DNA of 64,000 bases from Anaeromyxobacteraceae bacterium. Lineage in GTDB: Bacteria; Myxococcota; Myxococcia; Myxococcales; Anaeromyxobacteraceae. This document shows, piece by piece, positions 31,033 to 41,929 of this stretch. Within the stretch, counting starts at the first letter, position 1; the number at the start of each line of letters is the position of its first letter. Location: contig JASGHJ010000001.1 in NCBI GenBank assembly GCA_047602405.1, positions 1,664,001-1,728,000 of the forward strand, in the 5' to 3' direction. A program made the position numbers and the translations under genes. The notes beneath the pieces were generated by a model, which saw only the letters and a list, made by a program, of their open reading frames with translations, was not told the DNA's origin and searched no databases.

Positions 31033-34000
31033 ATGACCGCTGGAACCTGGACCCGCACCGCCGCCGCCGCCCTCACGGGGCTCCTCCTCGCGGCCTGCTC
31101 GAGCGACCCCGAGCCGGCGCCGAAGCCGGAGGACAAGGTCTTCGTCGACAACTTCGGACCCGGCGTCCACTACGAGAACTTCTCCGGGTCGAACGCCGTC
31201 GTCACCGTCGACACGGCCGAGAAGCACTCGGGCACGGCGTCGCTCAAGATCACGATCCCGGGCGCGACGTCCTACGGCGGCGGCGCGTTCCCGACCTCCG
31301 CGAAGCGGGACCTCACGAGCTTCAACGCGCTCACCTTCTGGGCGAAGGCCTCGAAGGCGGTGACCTTCGACAAGGCCGGCTTCGGCATCAACAACAAGGC
31401 GCCGCCCGACGACGGCAAGTACGTCGCCACGATCCTGAACTTCCCGGTCACCACGACCTGGACGAAGTTCGTCGTGCCGCTGCCCGTGCCGGCGAAGCTC
31501 ACCGCCGAGGACGGCCTCTTCTACATCGCCGACGGCGGCGACGGCGACTACACGCTCTGGATCGACGACCTCCAGTTCGAGACGCTCTCCGGCCTCTCGG
31601 CCCCGCAGCCGTCCATCGAGGGCGGCGTCACGAACACCGTCAACAAGCTCGTCGGCGGCACCGGCGCGGTGTCGAAGACGATGGTGAAGTACACGCTCGA
31701 CGGCGCGACCATCGACGTCGAGGCCGCGGCTCGCTACTTCACCTTCACCTCCTCGGCGCCCGCGGTCGCGACCGTCGACCAGGACGGGAAGATCGCCGCG
31801 GTCGCGGTCGGCACCGCCGACGTCACCGCGAAGCTCGGCACCGTGGACGCGACGGGCAAGCTCTCGCTCGTCGTCACGGTCGCGAACGTCCCCACCGCGG
31901 CCGCCCCGACGCCGGACAAGGCCACCGCCGACGTCATCTCGCTGTTCTCGAACGCCTACACGAACCGGACGGTGGACACCTGGTCGGCGACCTGGGACCA
32001 GGCGGACGTGGCCGACGCACAGGTCGCCGGCAACGACGTGAAGAAGTACACGAACCTCGTCTTCGCCGGCATCGAGTTCACGGGCGCGAACTCCGTCGAC
32101 GCCACGCAGATGACCCATTTCCACCTCGACCTCTGGTCGACCGACGCGACGACCTTCAAGGTGAAGCTCGTCGACTTCGGCGCCGACAACGCCTTCGGCG
32201 GCGGCGACGACAAGGAGCACGAGCTCACCTTCCCGGTCACGAAGGACCAGTGGAACGCGGTCGACGTGCCGCTCGCGAACTTCACCGGCCTGACGACGAA
32301 GGCGCACCTCGCGCAGATGATCCTCGTCTCCTCGACGGCGACCGTCTACGTCGACAACGTCTACTTCTACAAGGGCGCCGCGCCGCCGCCGCCGGCCGAG
32401 CCGACCGCGGCCGCCCCGACGCCCACCCGCGCCGCCGCGGACGTCATCTCGATGTTCAGCGACGCCTACACGAACGTGCCGGTCACGACCTGGCGCACCG
32501 ACTGGAGCGGCGCGAGCGTCGTCCTCGCCGAGGTGAACGTCGCCGGCAACGCGACGAAGAAGTACAGCGGCCTCACCTTCGCGGGCGTGCAGATCCCCGA
32601 CGCGACGCGGATCGACGCCTCGGCGATGACGAACCTCCACGTGGACGTCTGGACGCCGAACGCCACCAAGTTCGGCGTGAAGCTGGTGAACTTCGGCGCC
32701 ACCACGAAGGAGGCGATCGTCAAGTTCGACGCCGCCGCGCTGCCGCAGGGCCAGTGGGTCTCGCTCGACATCCCGCTCAGCTCCTTCACGGGCATGACGT
32801 TCGAGGCGCTCGGGCAGCTGCTCTGGCTCGACAACGCGGACGCGGGCGCCGGCGGCGACGAGAGCGGCACGTTCTTCGTCGACAACGTCTACTTCTGGAA
32901 GGCGCCCACCACCGGCCCGGCCCCGCTCGCCGTCTTCACCGACGACTACGCGACGGGCGTGACCTTCGCGGGCTTCGGCGGCGCCGACAACGCGGGCCTC
33001 TCGATCGACAACGGCGAGAAGCACGCCGGCACGGCGTCCCTCAAGATCGCCGTCACGGCCGCCGGCTACACGGGTGGCGCGATGGTCTCGGCGACGCCGA
33101 AGGACCTCTCCGCGTACGACGCCGTCACCTTCTGGGCGAAGGCCTCGAAGGCCGTCACGATGGGCAACGCGGGCCTCGGCAACGACGCCGCGGGCGCGCT
33201 CTGGGCGGCGCAGCGGAACTCCATCCCGCTCACCACCACCTGGACGAAGTTCGTCCTCCCCATCCCGCTCGCCTCGAAGCTCACGAGCGTGCCGGGCCTC
33301 TTCCACTTCGCCACCGGCCAGGACGCGGGCCTCATCATCTGGATCGACGACGTGCAGTACGAGGCGCTCGGCGCCGCCGCCCTCGGGACGCCGGTGCCGG
33401 CGATCGCCACCGAGACGAAGCCGCTCGAGGCGGGCGCCACGCTCGGCATCGCCGGCATGTCGGTGACCTACCCCGCGAACGGCGCGAACTGCACGATGGT
33501 CGAGGTGAGCCGCCGCTACTTCACCTGGGCGACCTCGAACGCCGCCGCCGCCACGGTGGACGCGACCGGCACCGTCACCGGCGTCGCCGCCGGCACGGCC
33601 GACATCACCGCGAAGCTCGGCGCGATCGACGCGAACGGCAAGACGACCGTGAACGTCACCGCGTCCCAGGCGCCCGCGGCGGCCGCGCCCGCGCCGTCCG
33701 CCTCCGCGGCGAACGTCATCTCGCTCTTCAGCGACGCCTACACGAACGTGCCGGTCACGACCTGGCGCACCGACTGGAGCGGCGGCAGCGTCGTGCTGAC
33801 CGATCTCACGATCGGTGGGAACGCGACCAAGAAGTACTCCGGCCTGACCTACGTCGGCGTCCAGATCCCGGATGCCAGCAAGGTCGACGCCTCCGGGATG
33901 ACCCACTTCCACGTGGACGTGTGGACGCCCAACGCGAGCAAGTTCGGGGTGAAGCTGGTGAACTTCGGCGCGACGACGAAGGAGGCCATCGTGGCCTTCA

Positions 34001-34182
34001 ACTCGAGCACGATCGTGCAGGGGCAGTGGGTCTCCCTCGACATCCCGCTCAGCTCGTTCGCCGGGATGACCTTCGAGGCGATCGGGCAGATCCTCTTCCT
34101 CGACAACGCCGACGCGGGCGGGACCCCGGCAGGCGACGAGGGCGGCACCTTCTTCGTCGACAACGTGTACTTCCACAAGTAG
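31033..34182 (+). CDS. Multi-module carbohydrate-binding lipoprotein (A-Ig-B-B-A-Ig-B)
   Basis: Lipobox LAAC; two LTFWAKAS...WIDD modules, two Big_2-like Ig domains and three VISxFSxAY...VDNVYF modules. Confidence 0.75.
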   Translation: MTAGTWTRTAAAALTGLLLAACSSDPEPAPKPEDKVFVDNFGPGVHYENFSGSNAVVTVDTAEKHSGTASLKITIPGATSYGGGAFPTSAKRDLTSFNALTFWAKASKAVTFDKAGFGINNKAPPDDGKYVATILNFPVTTTWTKFVVPLPVPAKLTAEDGLFYIADGGDGDYTLWIDDLQFETLSGLSAPQPSIEGGVTNTVNKLVGGTGAVSKTMVKYTLDGATIDVEAAARYFTFTSSAPAVATVDQDGKIAAVAVGTADVTAKLGTVDATGKLSLVVTVANVPTAAAPTPDKATADVISLFSNAYTNRTVDTWSATWDQADVADAQVAGNDVKKYTNLVFAGIEFTGANSVDATQMTHFHLDLWSTDATTFKVKLVDFGADNAFGGGDDKEHELTFPVTKDQWNAVDVPLANFTGLTTKAHLAQMILVSSTATVYVDNVYFYKGAAPPPPAEPTAAAPTPTRAAADVISMFSDAYTNVPVTTWRTDWSGASVVLAEVNVAGNATKKYSGLTFAGVQIPDATRIDASAMTNLHVDVWTPNATKFGVKLVNFGATTKEAIVKFDAAALPQGQWVSLDIPLSSFTGMTFEALGQLLWLDNADAGAGGDESGTFFVDNVYFWKAPTTGPAPLAVFTDDYATGVTFAGFGGADNAGLSIDNGEKHAGTASLKIAVTAAGYTGGAMVSATPKDLSAYDAVTFWAKASKAVTMGNAGLGNDAAGALWAAQRNSIPLTTTWTKFVLPIPLASKLTSVPGLFHFATGQDAGLIIWIDDVQYEALGAAALGTPVPAIATETKPLEAGATLGIAGMSVTYPANGANCTMVEVSRRYFTWATSNAAAATVDATGTVTGVAAGTADITAKLGAIDANGKTTVNVTASQAPAAAAPAPSASAANVISLFSDAYTNVPVTTWRTDWSGGSVVLTDLTIGGNATKKYSGLTYVGVQIPDASKVDASGMTHFHVDVWTPNASKFGVKLVNFGATTKEAIVAFNSSTIVQGQWVSLDIPLSSFAGMTFEAIGQILFLDNADAGGTPAGDEGGTFFVDNVYFHK

Positions 34183-34270
34183 CTGCGGGGCGCCCGGCGC
34201 CGCCCGCTGGTACTCGGGGGCGGGCGGCGCCGGGCGAGCTTTCAGGGGTGGTGGCAAGGCGGAGGCGTTC

Positions 34271-35515
34271 GTGATTGGCTCGGCGCAGATGAAGCCACAG
34301 CGAAGGTCTCCCGCGCCGGCTCCGCCCCCGCCGCCCCGGCCGTACGCCCGCGCGGTCCTCGGCCTCATCTGGCGCGAGCAGCGGATCTCCCGGGCCGAGA
34401 TCGCCCGGCGGCTCGAACTGTCCCGCTCCACGGTCTCCGAGATCGTGAACGAGCTGCTCGAGACCGGGCTCGTCGAGGAGAAGGGCGCCGGCGAGTCGCG
34501 CGGCGGCCGCCGGCCCATCGTGCTCGAGTTCCGGGACGACGCGTTCGGCATCGTCGGCGTGGACCTCGGCGCCGCCCACGTCTCCGTCGCCATCACCGAC
34601 CTGCGCGGCAAGGTGCTCGCCTGGCAGGAGCGGCCGCAGGACGTCCGCGGCGACCCCGAGGGCACCCGCGCGCTCGTCGCGAAGCTCGTCGACGCCTGCG
34701 TCGCGAGGTGGGGGAAGCCCGCGGACCGCCTCGTCGGCATCGGCGTGGCGGTGGCCTCCCCGGTCGACCCGCACCGGCCCGGCGAGCTGTCCGACCGCGT
34801 GCTGCCGGCCTGGGGCGGGAAGCTCGGCCTCGACGGCCTCTCCCAGCGCCTCGGCGTGCCGCTCCTCGTCGACAACGACGCGAACCTCGGCGCGCTGGCC
34901 GAGCGGTGGTGGGGCGCGGGGCAGGGCGTCGACGACTTCGCCTTCATCAAGGTCGCGACCGGCGTCGGCTCGGGCCACATCATCGACGGGAAGATCTACC
35001 GCGGCGCGCAGGGGCTCGCGGGGGAGCTCGGCCACCTCGCGCTCGATCCGCACGGCCCGCCGTGCGTCTGCGGCCTGCGCGGCTGCCTCGTCACCTTCGT
35101 GGGCGCCCAGGCGCTCATCTCGCGGGCGAACACGCTGCTCGTGAAGCAGCCCTCCGCGCTCAAGGGCAAGCAGGTCACCATCGGCGCGCTCGTCGACGCC
35201 GCGCTCGCGGGCGACGCGCTCGCCCGCCAGGTCGTCCGCGAGGCCGCCGAGCAGCTCGGCGTCGCCGTCGCCGGCATGCTCAACCTCATGAACCCGGCGC
35301 TCGTCATCGTGGGGGGCGGCCTCGCCCGCCTCGGCGAGCTCCTCCTCGAGCCGCTCCGCAAGAGCGTCAACTCCCGCACCCTCGTCACCTCGCTCTCCGG
35401 CTCGCGCATCGTGGCCTCCGCCCTCGGCGGCCAGGACGTGGCGGTCGGCGCGGCCACGATGGTCCTGCAGGCCGCGCTCGAGGACCACCGCCGCTTCCCC
35501 GTCGCCGCGGGCTGA
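34271..35515 (+). CDS. ROK family transcriptional repressor (XylR/NagC-like)
   Basis: wHTH ISRAEIARRLELSRSTVS, GGRRP, DNDAN, GELGH and CVCGLRGC; start may be at 34289. Confidence 0.93.
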   Translation: MIGSAQMKPQRRSPAPAPPPPPRPYARAVLGLIWREQRISRAEIARRLELSRSTVSEIVNELLETGLVEEKGAGESRGGRRPIVLEFRDDAFGIVGVDLGAAHVSVAITDLRGKVLAWQERPQDVRGDPEGTRALVAKLVDACVARWGKPADRLVGIGVAVASPVDPHRPGELSDRVLPAWGGKLGLDGLSQRLGVPLLVDNDANLGALAERWWGAGQGVDDFAFIKVATGVGSGHIIDGKIYRGAQGLAGELGHLALDPHGPPCVCGLRGCLVTFVGAQALISRANTLLVKQPSALKGKQVTIGALVDAALAGDALARQVVREAAEQLGVAVAGMLNLMNPALVIVGGGLARLGELLLEPLRKSVNSRTLVTSLSGSRIVASALGGQDVAVGAATMVLQAALEDHRRFPVAAG

Positions 35516-35530
35516 CGCCGAGACCCCTCC

Positions 35531-36386
35531 ATGCACACACCCAGGTCACCCCTCGCCCGCGCCGGCCTCGTCGCGCTCCTCTTCCTCTCCGCCGGCTGGG
35601 GCCGCTGCGAGGGCACGAGCGTGCCCGACCCCGTGACCCGCCCCACGAGCTGGAACCTCGTCTGGCAGGACGACTTCGAGGGCACCTCCGGAACCGCGCC
35701 CTCGGCGGCCTACTGGACCCCCGAGACCGGCGGCGGCGGCTGGGGCAACAACGAGCTGCAGTACTACACCGACCGCCCGGTGAACGCGGCGCTCGACGGG
35801 GAGGGCCACCTCGCCATCGTCGCGCGGCAGGAGAGCTTCGGCGGCCGCAACTACACCTCCGCGCGGCTCATCACGAGGGGCAAGGTCGAGCGCACGTACG
35901 GGAAGGTCGAGGCCCGCCTCAAGCTCCCGAGCGGCCAGGGCCTGTGGCCGGCGTTCTGGATGCTGGGCGCGGACATCTCGAGCGTCGGCTGGCCGAAGTC
36001 CGGCGAGATTCGACATCATGGAGTTCCGCGGGCAGGAGCCGCGCTTCACCTTCGGCACGGTCCACGGCCCCGGCTACTCGGGCGGGCAGTCCATCGGGAT
36101 GCGGTACCAGATCCCCGCGAGCACGACCGCCCTCGACCAGGACTTCCACGTCTACGCGGTCGAGTGGAACCCCGGCCTGATCGTCTTCTCCCTCGACGGC
36201 TACGAGTTCTTCTCGGTGCGCCCGTCCGACCTCCCGGGCGGCGCCGACTGGGTGTTCGACAAGCCCTTCTTCATCCTCCTCAACGTCGCGGTCGGCGGGA
36301 ACTTCGTCGGGCCGGTGGGCGCGGGCGTGTCCTTCCCGCAGACCATGCTCGTCGACTGGGTGAAGGTCTGGGAGGCCGCTCCGTGA
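35531..36386 (+). CDS. GH16 endo-beta-1,3-glucanase (apparent +1 frameshift near 36009)
   Basis: WGNNELQYY, YTSARL and GLWPAFWMLG; the catalytic GEIDIME is restored by removing one T; FHVYAVEW and LNVAVGG follow. Confidence 0.9.
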
Positions 36387-38071
36387 CTCGCGCGGCCGCC
36401 GCCCTCGCGCTCGCCGCGCTCGCGGCCGGGTGCGTGCGCGAGCGGCCGCCGCCGCCGCCCGGCGTGCTCACCGTCTCGGTCGAGCAGGAGGCGAGCTGGA
36501 TCCGCAACTTCAACCCGCTCACGCCCGCGACCGCGGCGCGCTGGCCCACGCTCGCCGGCGTCTACGAGCCGCTCATGGTCTACAGCGCGGTGCGGGGCGA
36601 GATGGTGCCCTGGCTCGCGACGGGGCACGCGTGGTCGGCGGACCACCGGACGCTCGCGCTCACGCTCCGCGACGGGGTGCGGTGGTCGGACGGCCAGCCC
36701 TTCGGGGCGCGCGACGTGGCGTTCACGTTCGAGCTGATGCACCGGTTCCCCGCGCTCGACAAGCGCGGGCTCTGGCAGGTGCTGGAGGCGGTGCGCGCGA
36801 CCGGGCCGCTCGCGGTCGAGGTGAGGCTGAAGCGCCCGTTCCTGCCGGCGTACGAGGACGTGGTCAACCAGCTCATCGTCCCGGAGCACGTCTGGAAGGA
36901 CGTGGCCGACCCGGTGGGCTTCCCGAACGAGCACCCGGTCGCGACCGGCCCGTTCACCGAGGTCTCGGTCTTCCAGAACCAGGTCTACGAGCTGCGCCGG
37001 AACCCGCACTACTGGCAGCCCGGGAAGCCGCGCCTCGACGCCCTGCGCTTCCCGGCGTACCCGTCGAACGAGCGCGCCAACCTCGGCCTCGTCTTCGGCG
37101 AGGTGGACTGGGCGGCGAACTTCGTCCCGGCCATCGACCGCGTCTTCGTGAAGCGCGATCCGGCACACCACGCCTACTGGTTCCCGCTCACCGGCACCTC
37201 GATCTTCCTCTACGCCAACACCACCCGCGCGCCGTTCGGCGACGTCCGGGTGAGGAAGGCGCTCTCGATGGCGATCGACCGGAAGCTCCTCGTCGACGTC
37301 GCCCTCTACCACTACTCGCGCCCCTCCGACGCGACCGCGCTCTCCGACGCCTACGCGACCTGGCGCGACCCCGAGGTCGCGAGGGGCGACTGGGTGACGT
37401 TCGACACGCGCCGCGCGAACGCGCTCCTCGACGAGGCGGGGCTGGCGCGCGGCCCGGACGGCGTGCGCCGCCTGCCCGACGGGCGCCCGCTCGAGTACGA
37501 GGTGCTCTCGGTGTCCGGCTGGTCGGACTGGGTCCGCGCGGCGCAGGTCATCGCGCGCAACCTGCGCGAGGTCGGCGTCGCCGCGAAGGTGCGGACCTAC
37601 GACTTCGCCGCCTGGTTCCAGCGCGTGCAGGAGGGCGACTTCGACCTCACCCTCGGCTGGTCGTTCGAGGGGCCGACGCCCTACACCTTCTACCGGTGGC
37701 TCATGGCGACGGCGACCGTGAAGCCGGCGGGGCAGCTCTCGATGGCGAACTGGCACCGCTACGGCTCGAGGCGGGCCGACGCGCTCCTCGCCGCGTTCGA
37801 GCAGGCGTTCGAGGAGCCGGAGCAGCGCCGGCTCTCGGTGGAGCTGCAGCGGACCTTCTCCGACGAGGCGCCCGCGATCCCGCTCTACCCGAACCCGAGC
37901 TGGGCCGCGTTCTCGACCGCGCGCGTGAAGGGCTTCCCCACCGCGGCGGCGCCCTACGCCGACCCGTCGCCCAACAAGTTCGACCGCGGCGAGCCGCTCC
38001 TCGTGCTCGTCGAGCTCGAGGCCGCGACACCGCGGGTGGCGAGCGCCGCAGCGCCCGCGGGGGGCCGCTGA
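36383..38071 (+). CDS. ABC transporter solute-binding lipoprotein, family 5 (probably oligosaccharide-binding)
   Basis: Lipobox AAGC; RNFNP, YEPL, LRDGVRWSDG, TGPF and RNPHYW motifs. Confidence 0.9.
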   Translation: MTRAAAALALAALAAGCVRERPPPPPGVLTVSVEQEASWIRNFNPLTPATAARWPTLAGVYEPLMVYSAVRGEMVPWLATGHAWSADHRTLALTLRDGVRWSDGQPFGARDVAFTFELMHRFPALDKRGLWQVLEAVRATGPLAVEVRLKRPFLPAYEDVVNQLIVPEHVWKDVADPVGFPNEHPVATGPFTEVSVFQNQVYELRRNPHYWQPGKPRLDALRFPAYPSNERANLGLVFGEVDWAANFVPAIDRVFVKRDPAHHAYWFPLTGTSIFLYANTTRAPFGDVRVRKALSMAIDRKLLVDVALYHYSRPSDATALSDAYATWRDPEVARGDWVTFDTRRANALLDEAGLARGPDGVRRLPDGRPLEYEVLSVSGWSDWVRAAQVIARNLREVGVAAKVRTYDFAAWFQRVQEGDFDLTLGWSFEGPTPYTFYRWLMATATVKPAGQLSMANWHRYGSRRADALLAAFEQAFEEPEQRRLSVELQRTFSDEAPAIPLYPNPSWAAFSTARVKGFPTAAAPYADPSPNKFDRGEPLLVLVELEAATPRVASAAAPAGGR

Positions 38072-38072
38072 C

Positions 38073-39056
38073 GTGCGCTACGCCCTCCGCCGGCTCGGCT
38101 TCTACCTCCTCGCGGCCTGGTTCGCGCTGACGCTCAACTTCTTCCTGCCGCGGCTCATGCCGGGCGACCCCGCCACCGCGCTCTTCGCGCGGTTCAAGGG
38201 GCGGCTCGCGCCGGAGACCATGGCCGCGCTCCGCCAGGCGTTCGGCCTCACCGACGCGCCGCTCCTCTCGCAGTACCTCACCTACCTGCGCCACGCGCTC
38301 GCGGGCGACCTCGGGGTCTCGGTCGCGTACTTCCCGGCGCCGGTCTCCCAGGTCATCGGCACCGGCCTCCTCTGGACGATCTTCCTGGCCGGCACCGCGG
38401 TGGTGATCTCCTTCGTCATCGGCACGCTCCTCGGCGTCGCGACCGCCTGGTGGCGCGGCGGCGTCGCCGACACCGTGCTGCCCCCGCTGCTCGCGTTCCT
38501 GGGCGCCTTCCCCTACTTCTGGCTCGCGATGGTGAGCCTGTACGTGCTCGGCTTCCAGTGGCGGCTCTTCCCGCTCGGCCACGCCTACGGCGACGACCTC
38601 ACCCCCTCGTGGACGTTGGGCTTCGCGCTGGACGTGTGGCGGCACGCGGCGCTGCCCATCGCGTCGGTCGTCGTCGCGACCACCGGCGGCTGGATGCTCT
38701 CGATGCGCAACACGATGATGACAGTGCTCGGCGCCGACTTCGTGAACCTCGCGCGCGCGAAGGGGCTCCCGGAGCGCCGGGTGGTGCTGCGCTACGCGGC
38801 CCGGAACGCGCTCCTCCCGAGCATCACCGGCTTCGGCATGGCGCTCGGCTTCGTGCTCGGCGGCTCGCTCCTCACCGAGATCGTCTTCTCCTACCCGGGG
38901 CAGGGCTACCTGCTCGTGCAGGCGGTCCGCAACCAGGACTACCCGCTCATGCAGGGCATCTTCCTCGTGATCACGCTCGCGGTGCTCGGGGCCAACTGGC
39001 TCGTCGACCTCGTGAACCTCGTCCTGGATCCGCGCGCGCGGGAGGGCTCGGCGTGA
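38073..39056 (+). CDS. ABC permease (OppB/DppB-like)
   Basis: PRLMPGDP, ARAKGL EAA loop and FSYPGQG. Confidence 0.92.
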   Translation: MRYALRRLGFYLLAAWFALTLNFFLPRLMPGDPATALFARFKGRLAPETMAALRQAFGLTDAPLLSQYLTYLRHALAGDLGVSVAYFPAPVSQVIGTGLLWTIFLAGTAVVISFVIGTLLGVATAWWRGGVADTVLPPLLAFLGAFPYFWLAMVSLYVLGFQWRLFPLGHAYGDDLTPSWTLGFALDVWRHAALPIASVVVATTGGWMLSMRNTMMTVLGADFVNLARAKGLPERRVVLRYAARNALLPSITGFGMALGFVLGGSLLTEIVFSYPGQGYLLVQAVRNQDYPLMQGIFLVITLAVLGANWLVDLVNLVLDPRAREGSA

Positions 39057-40018
39057 GCGCCGGCGCCCCCTCGACGGGCCTCGCCGCCCTGTGGGCCTCC
39101 ATCCGGCGCGACCGGAAGGCGACCGCGGGCGCCTGGGTCCTCGCGGCCTTCGTCCTGCTCGCCGTCGCCGGGCCGTGGCTCGTGGGCGACCCCGACGCGC
39201 TCGTCGGCGTCCCGCACCTGCCGCCCTCGGCCGCGCACTGGCTCGGCACGACCGGGCAGGGCCAGGACGTGCTCGCCCAGACCGTGGCCGGAACGCGGGT
39301 CTCGCTCGCCATCGGCTTCGGGGTGGGGCTCCTCGTCGTGGCGGTGGGGGCGGTCCTCGGCGTCGTCGCGGGCTACGCCGGCGGGAGGATCGACGCGGGG
39401 CTGTCGCTCCTCGTGAACGTGTTCCTCGTGCTCCCCGGCCTGCCGCTCGCCATCGTCATCGCGGCCTACCTGCCCTCCGGGCCGTTCACCGTCGCGCTCG
39501 TGCTGGCGGTGACCGGCTGGGCCTGGAACGCCCGGGTCGTGCGCGCCCAGACGCTCGCGCTCCGGCAGCGCGACTTCGTGGCGGCCGCGATCGTCTCGGG
39601 CGAGAGCGCGCTCCGCATCGTGCTCCGGGAGCTCCTCCCCAACATGACCTCGCTCCTCGTGGCGCAGGTCATCGGCTCGACCGTCTACGCCATCGGCGCC
39701 CAGGTCGGCCTCGAGTTCCTTGGCCTCGGCGACGTCTCGCGCGCGACCTGGGGTACGAACCTCTACTGGGCGGCGAACGACTCGGCGCTCCTCACCGGCG
39801 CGTGGTGGACCTTCGTGCCGACGGGCCTCTGCGTCGCGCTCGTCGGCTTCGCGCTCACGCTCCTCAACTCCGGCTTCGACGAGGTGACGAGCCCGCGGCT
39901 CGTGCTCGAGCGCTCGTGGCGCGGGTGGCTCCTCGGCCATGGCCTCAGGCCCGGGCGGTCGACGCCGGTCGTGCCGGTCGCCGACGCGGCGCGCCCCGCG
40001 GAGGCCCCTCGTGGCTGA
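39053..40018 (+). CDS. ABC permease (OppC/DppC-like)
   Basis: HWLGTTGQGQD, RDFVAAA and ELLPN motifs. Confidence 0.9.
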   Translation: MSAGAPSTGLAALWASIRRDRKATAGAWVLAAFVLLAVAGPWLVGDPDALVGVPHLPPSAAHWLGTTGQGQDVLAQTVAGTRVSLAIGFGVGLLVVAVGAVLGVVAGYAGGRIDAGLSLLVNVFLVLPGLPLAIVIAAYLPSGPFTVALVLAVTGWAWNARVVRAQTLALRQRDFVAAAIVSGESALRIVLRELLPNMTSLLVAQVIGSTVYAIGAQVGLEFLGLGDVSRATWGTNLYWAANDSALLTGAWWTFVPTGLCVALVGFALTLLNSGFDEVTSPRLVLERSWRGWLLGHGLRPGRSTPVVPVADAARPAEAPRG

Positions 40019-40976
40019 GCCCCTCCTCGCCATCCGCGAGCTGTGCGTCGACTACGTGACCTCGCCGGGCACGTCCGTCCGCGCGCTCGACCGGGTCTCG
40101 CTCGACGTCATGCCGGGCGAGATCCTCGGGATCGCCGGGGAGTCCGGCAGCGGCAAGTCCACGCTCGCCCAGGCGGTGCTGCGGATCCTGCCCGCGCCCG
40201 CCGTCATCACCGGCGGGAGCGTCCGCTTCGAGGGGAAGGACCTCCTCGCGCTGTCCGACCCGGAGCTGCGGGCGCTGCGCTGGCGGCGCATGGCGATGGT
40301 CTTCCAGAGCGCGATGGACGCGCTCAACCCGGTGCTCACCGTGGGCGAGCAGCTCCTCGACACGCTCGCCGCCCACGGCGCCGCGCCCACCCGCGCCGCC
40401 GCCCGCGAGCGCGCCGCGCACCTCCTCGGCCTCGTCGGCATCCCGTCCGACCGGCTCGCGTCCTACCCGCACCAGCTCTCGGGCGGCATGCGGCAGCGGG
40501 TCGGCATCGCCCTCGGGCTCGCGCTCGAGCCGTCGCTCGTGATCCTCGACGAGCCGACCACCGCGCTCGACGTCGTCGTCGAGCGGGAGATCCTGCACGA
40601 GGTGCTGGAGCTCCGCCGGAAGCTCGGGTTCGCGGTGCTCTTCATCACCCACGACCTCACCCGCATGCTCCAGCTCTCGGATCGCGTGGCCGTGTTCTAC
40701 GCCGCGCGGCTCGCCGAGGTCGGCCCCGCCGCCGCGCTGCGGGCCGGGCCCCGCCACCCGTACACGCAGGCCCTGCTGAACGCCTTCCCGTCGCTGCACG
40801 GGGACCGCACGAAGCTCGAGAGCATCCCGGGCGCGCCGCCCAGCCTGCGGAGCCCGCCGCCGGGCTGCCGGTTCCAGCCCCGCTGCTCCGTGGCCGAGGA
40901 CCGCTGCGGCGCCGGGGCGCCCCCGCTCGTGCCGCTCGGCCCGGGCGCGGCGGCGGCGTGCTTCAGGGTGGGGTGA
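40011..40976 (+). CDS. ABC ATPase (OppD-like)
   Basis: GESGSGKST, LSGGMRQ, DEPTTALD, HPYT and the C-terminal Cys motif. Confidence 0.92.
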   Translation: MAEPLLAIRELCVDYVTSPGTSVRALDRVSLDVMPGEILGIAGESGSGKSTLAQAVLRILPAPAVITGGSVRFEGKDLLALSDPELRALRWRRMAMVFQSAMDALNPVLTVGEQLLDTLAAHGAAPTRAAARERAAHLLGLVGIPSDRLASYPHQLSGGMRQRVGIALGLALEPSLVILDEPTTALDVVVEREILHEVLELRRKLGFAVLFITHDLTRMLQLSDRVAVFYAARLAEVGPAAALRAGPRHPYTQALLNAFPSLHGDRTKLESIPGAPPSLRSPPPGCRFQPRCSVAEDRCGAGAPPLVPLGPGAAAACFRVG

Positions 40977-40983
40977 GCGAGCC

Positions 40984-41889
40984 TCAGCGGCCGCGCGCCC
41001 CGAACTCCCGCGCGGCGTCCACGAACGCGCGGAACGCGGGCGAAACCTGGGCCCGGCTCGGGAAGTAGAGGAAGAACCCGGGCACCTCGGCCGCGTACGG
41101 CTCCAGCACCACCCGGAGCTTCCCGCGCTTCAGCTCCTCCTCGATGAGCGGCTCGAACAGATAGGCGAGCCCGACGCCGGCGAGCGCCAGCGCGTGGGTG
41201 AGGGCGGGGTCGGCCGTCGTCACGGGTCCCTGCACCGGGACCCGCCACGTCTTCTTGCCCCGCTCGAGCTCCCAGGCGTAGCGGGTGCCGCCGGGCGAGG
41301 ACTTGATGCCGATGCAGTCGTGCTGGAGGAGGTCCTCCGGCCTTGCCGGCGGCCCGCGCCGCGCGAGGTACGCCGGCGAGCCGGCGACCACGAAGCGTGC
41401 GGGGGGCGTGAGGCGGACGTGCACCATGTCCCGCTCGAGCGCCTCGTGGAGCCGGATGCCGGCGTCGAGCCCCTCCGCGACGATGTCCACGAAGCGGTTG
41501 TCGGCGTGGACCTCGACCTCGACCTTCGGGTGGCGCTCCACGAAGCGGGGGAGCATCCGCTCGAGCACGAGGGGGATGGCGATGGTGGGCACCGAGAGCC
41601 GGACGCGGCCCGTGAGCTCGCCCGGTCGCGCGGTCGCGTTGCGGAGCGACTCGAGCGCCTGGTCCACCGCGGGACCCCCGTGCTCGAGGAGCCGCTGGCC
41701 CGCCTCGGTGAGGGCGACGCTCCGGGAGGTCCGGGTGAGGAGCGTCACGCCGAGCCGCTGCTCGAGCTGCTTCACCGACTGGCTGAGCGCGGAGGTCGAG
41801 ACGCCCTGGTCGCGCGCGGCGGCCGCGAAGCTCCTCCGCCGGGCGACCGCGAGGAAGGCGTTGAGCGCGTTGAGCGGGGTGAACGCCAC
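40984..41889 (-). CDS. LysR family regulator
   Basis: SFAAAARDQGVSTSALSQ...LLTRTSRSVALTEAG HTH. Confidence 0.93.
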   Translation of the reverse strand: MAFTPLNALNAFLAVARRRSFAAAARDQGVSTSALSQSVKQLEQRLGVTLLTRTSRSVALTEAGQRLLEHGGPAVDQALESLRNATARPGELTGRVRLSVPTIAIPLVLERMLPRFVERHPKVEVEVHADNRFVDIVAEGLDAGIRLHEALERDMVHVRLTPPARFVVAGSPAYLARRGPPARPEDLLQHDCIGIKSSPGGTRYAWELERGKKTWRVPVQGPVTTADPALTHALALAGVGLAYLFEPLIEEELKRGKLRVVLEPYAAEVPGFFLYFPSRAQVSPAFRAFVDAAREFGARGR

Positions 41890-41929
41890 GTGCGGTCCTC
41901 CACGGCCGTCAGGCCGGCCAGCGTGCCCT

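Noticed and set aside
35531..38071. GH16-SBP fusion protein suggested by the ORF track
   Set aside because: Artefact of the extra base near 36009; GH16 ends at 36386 and the SBP has its own GTG and lipobox.
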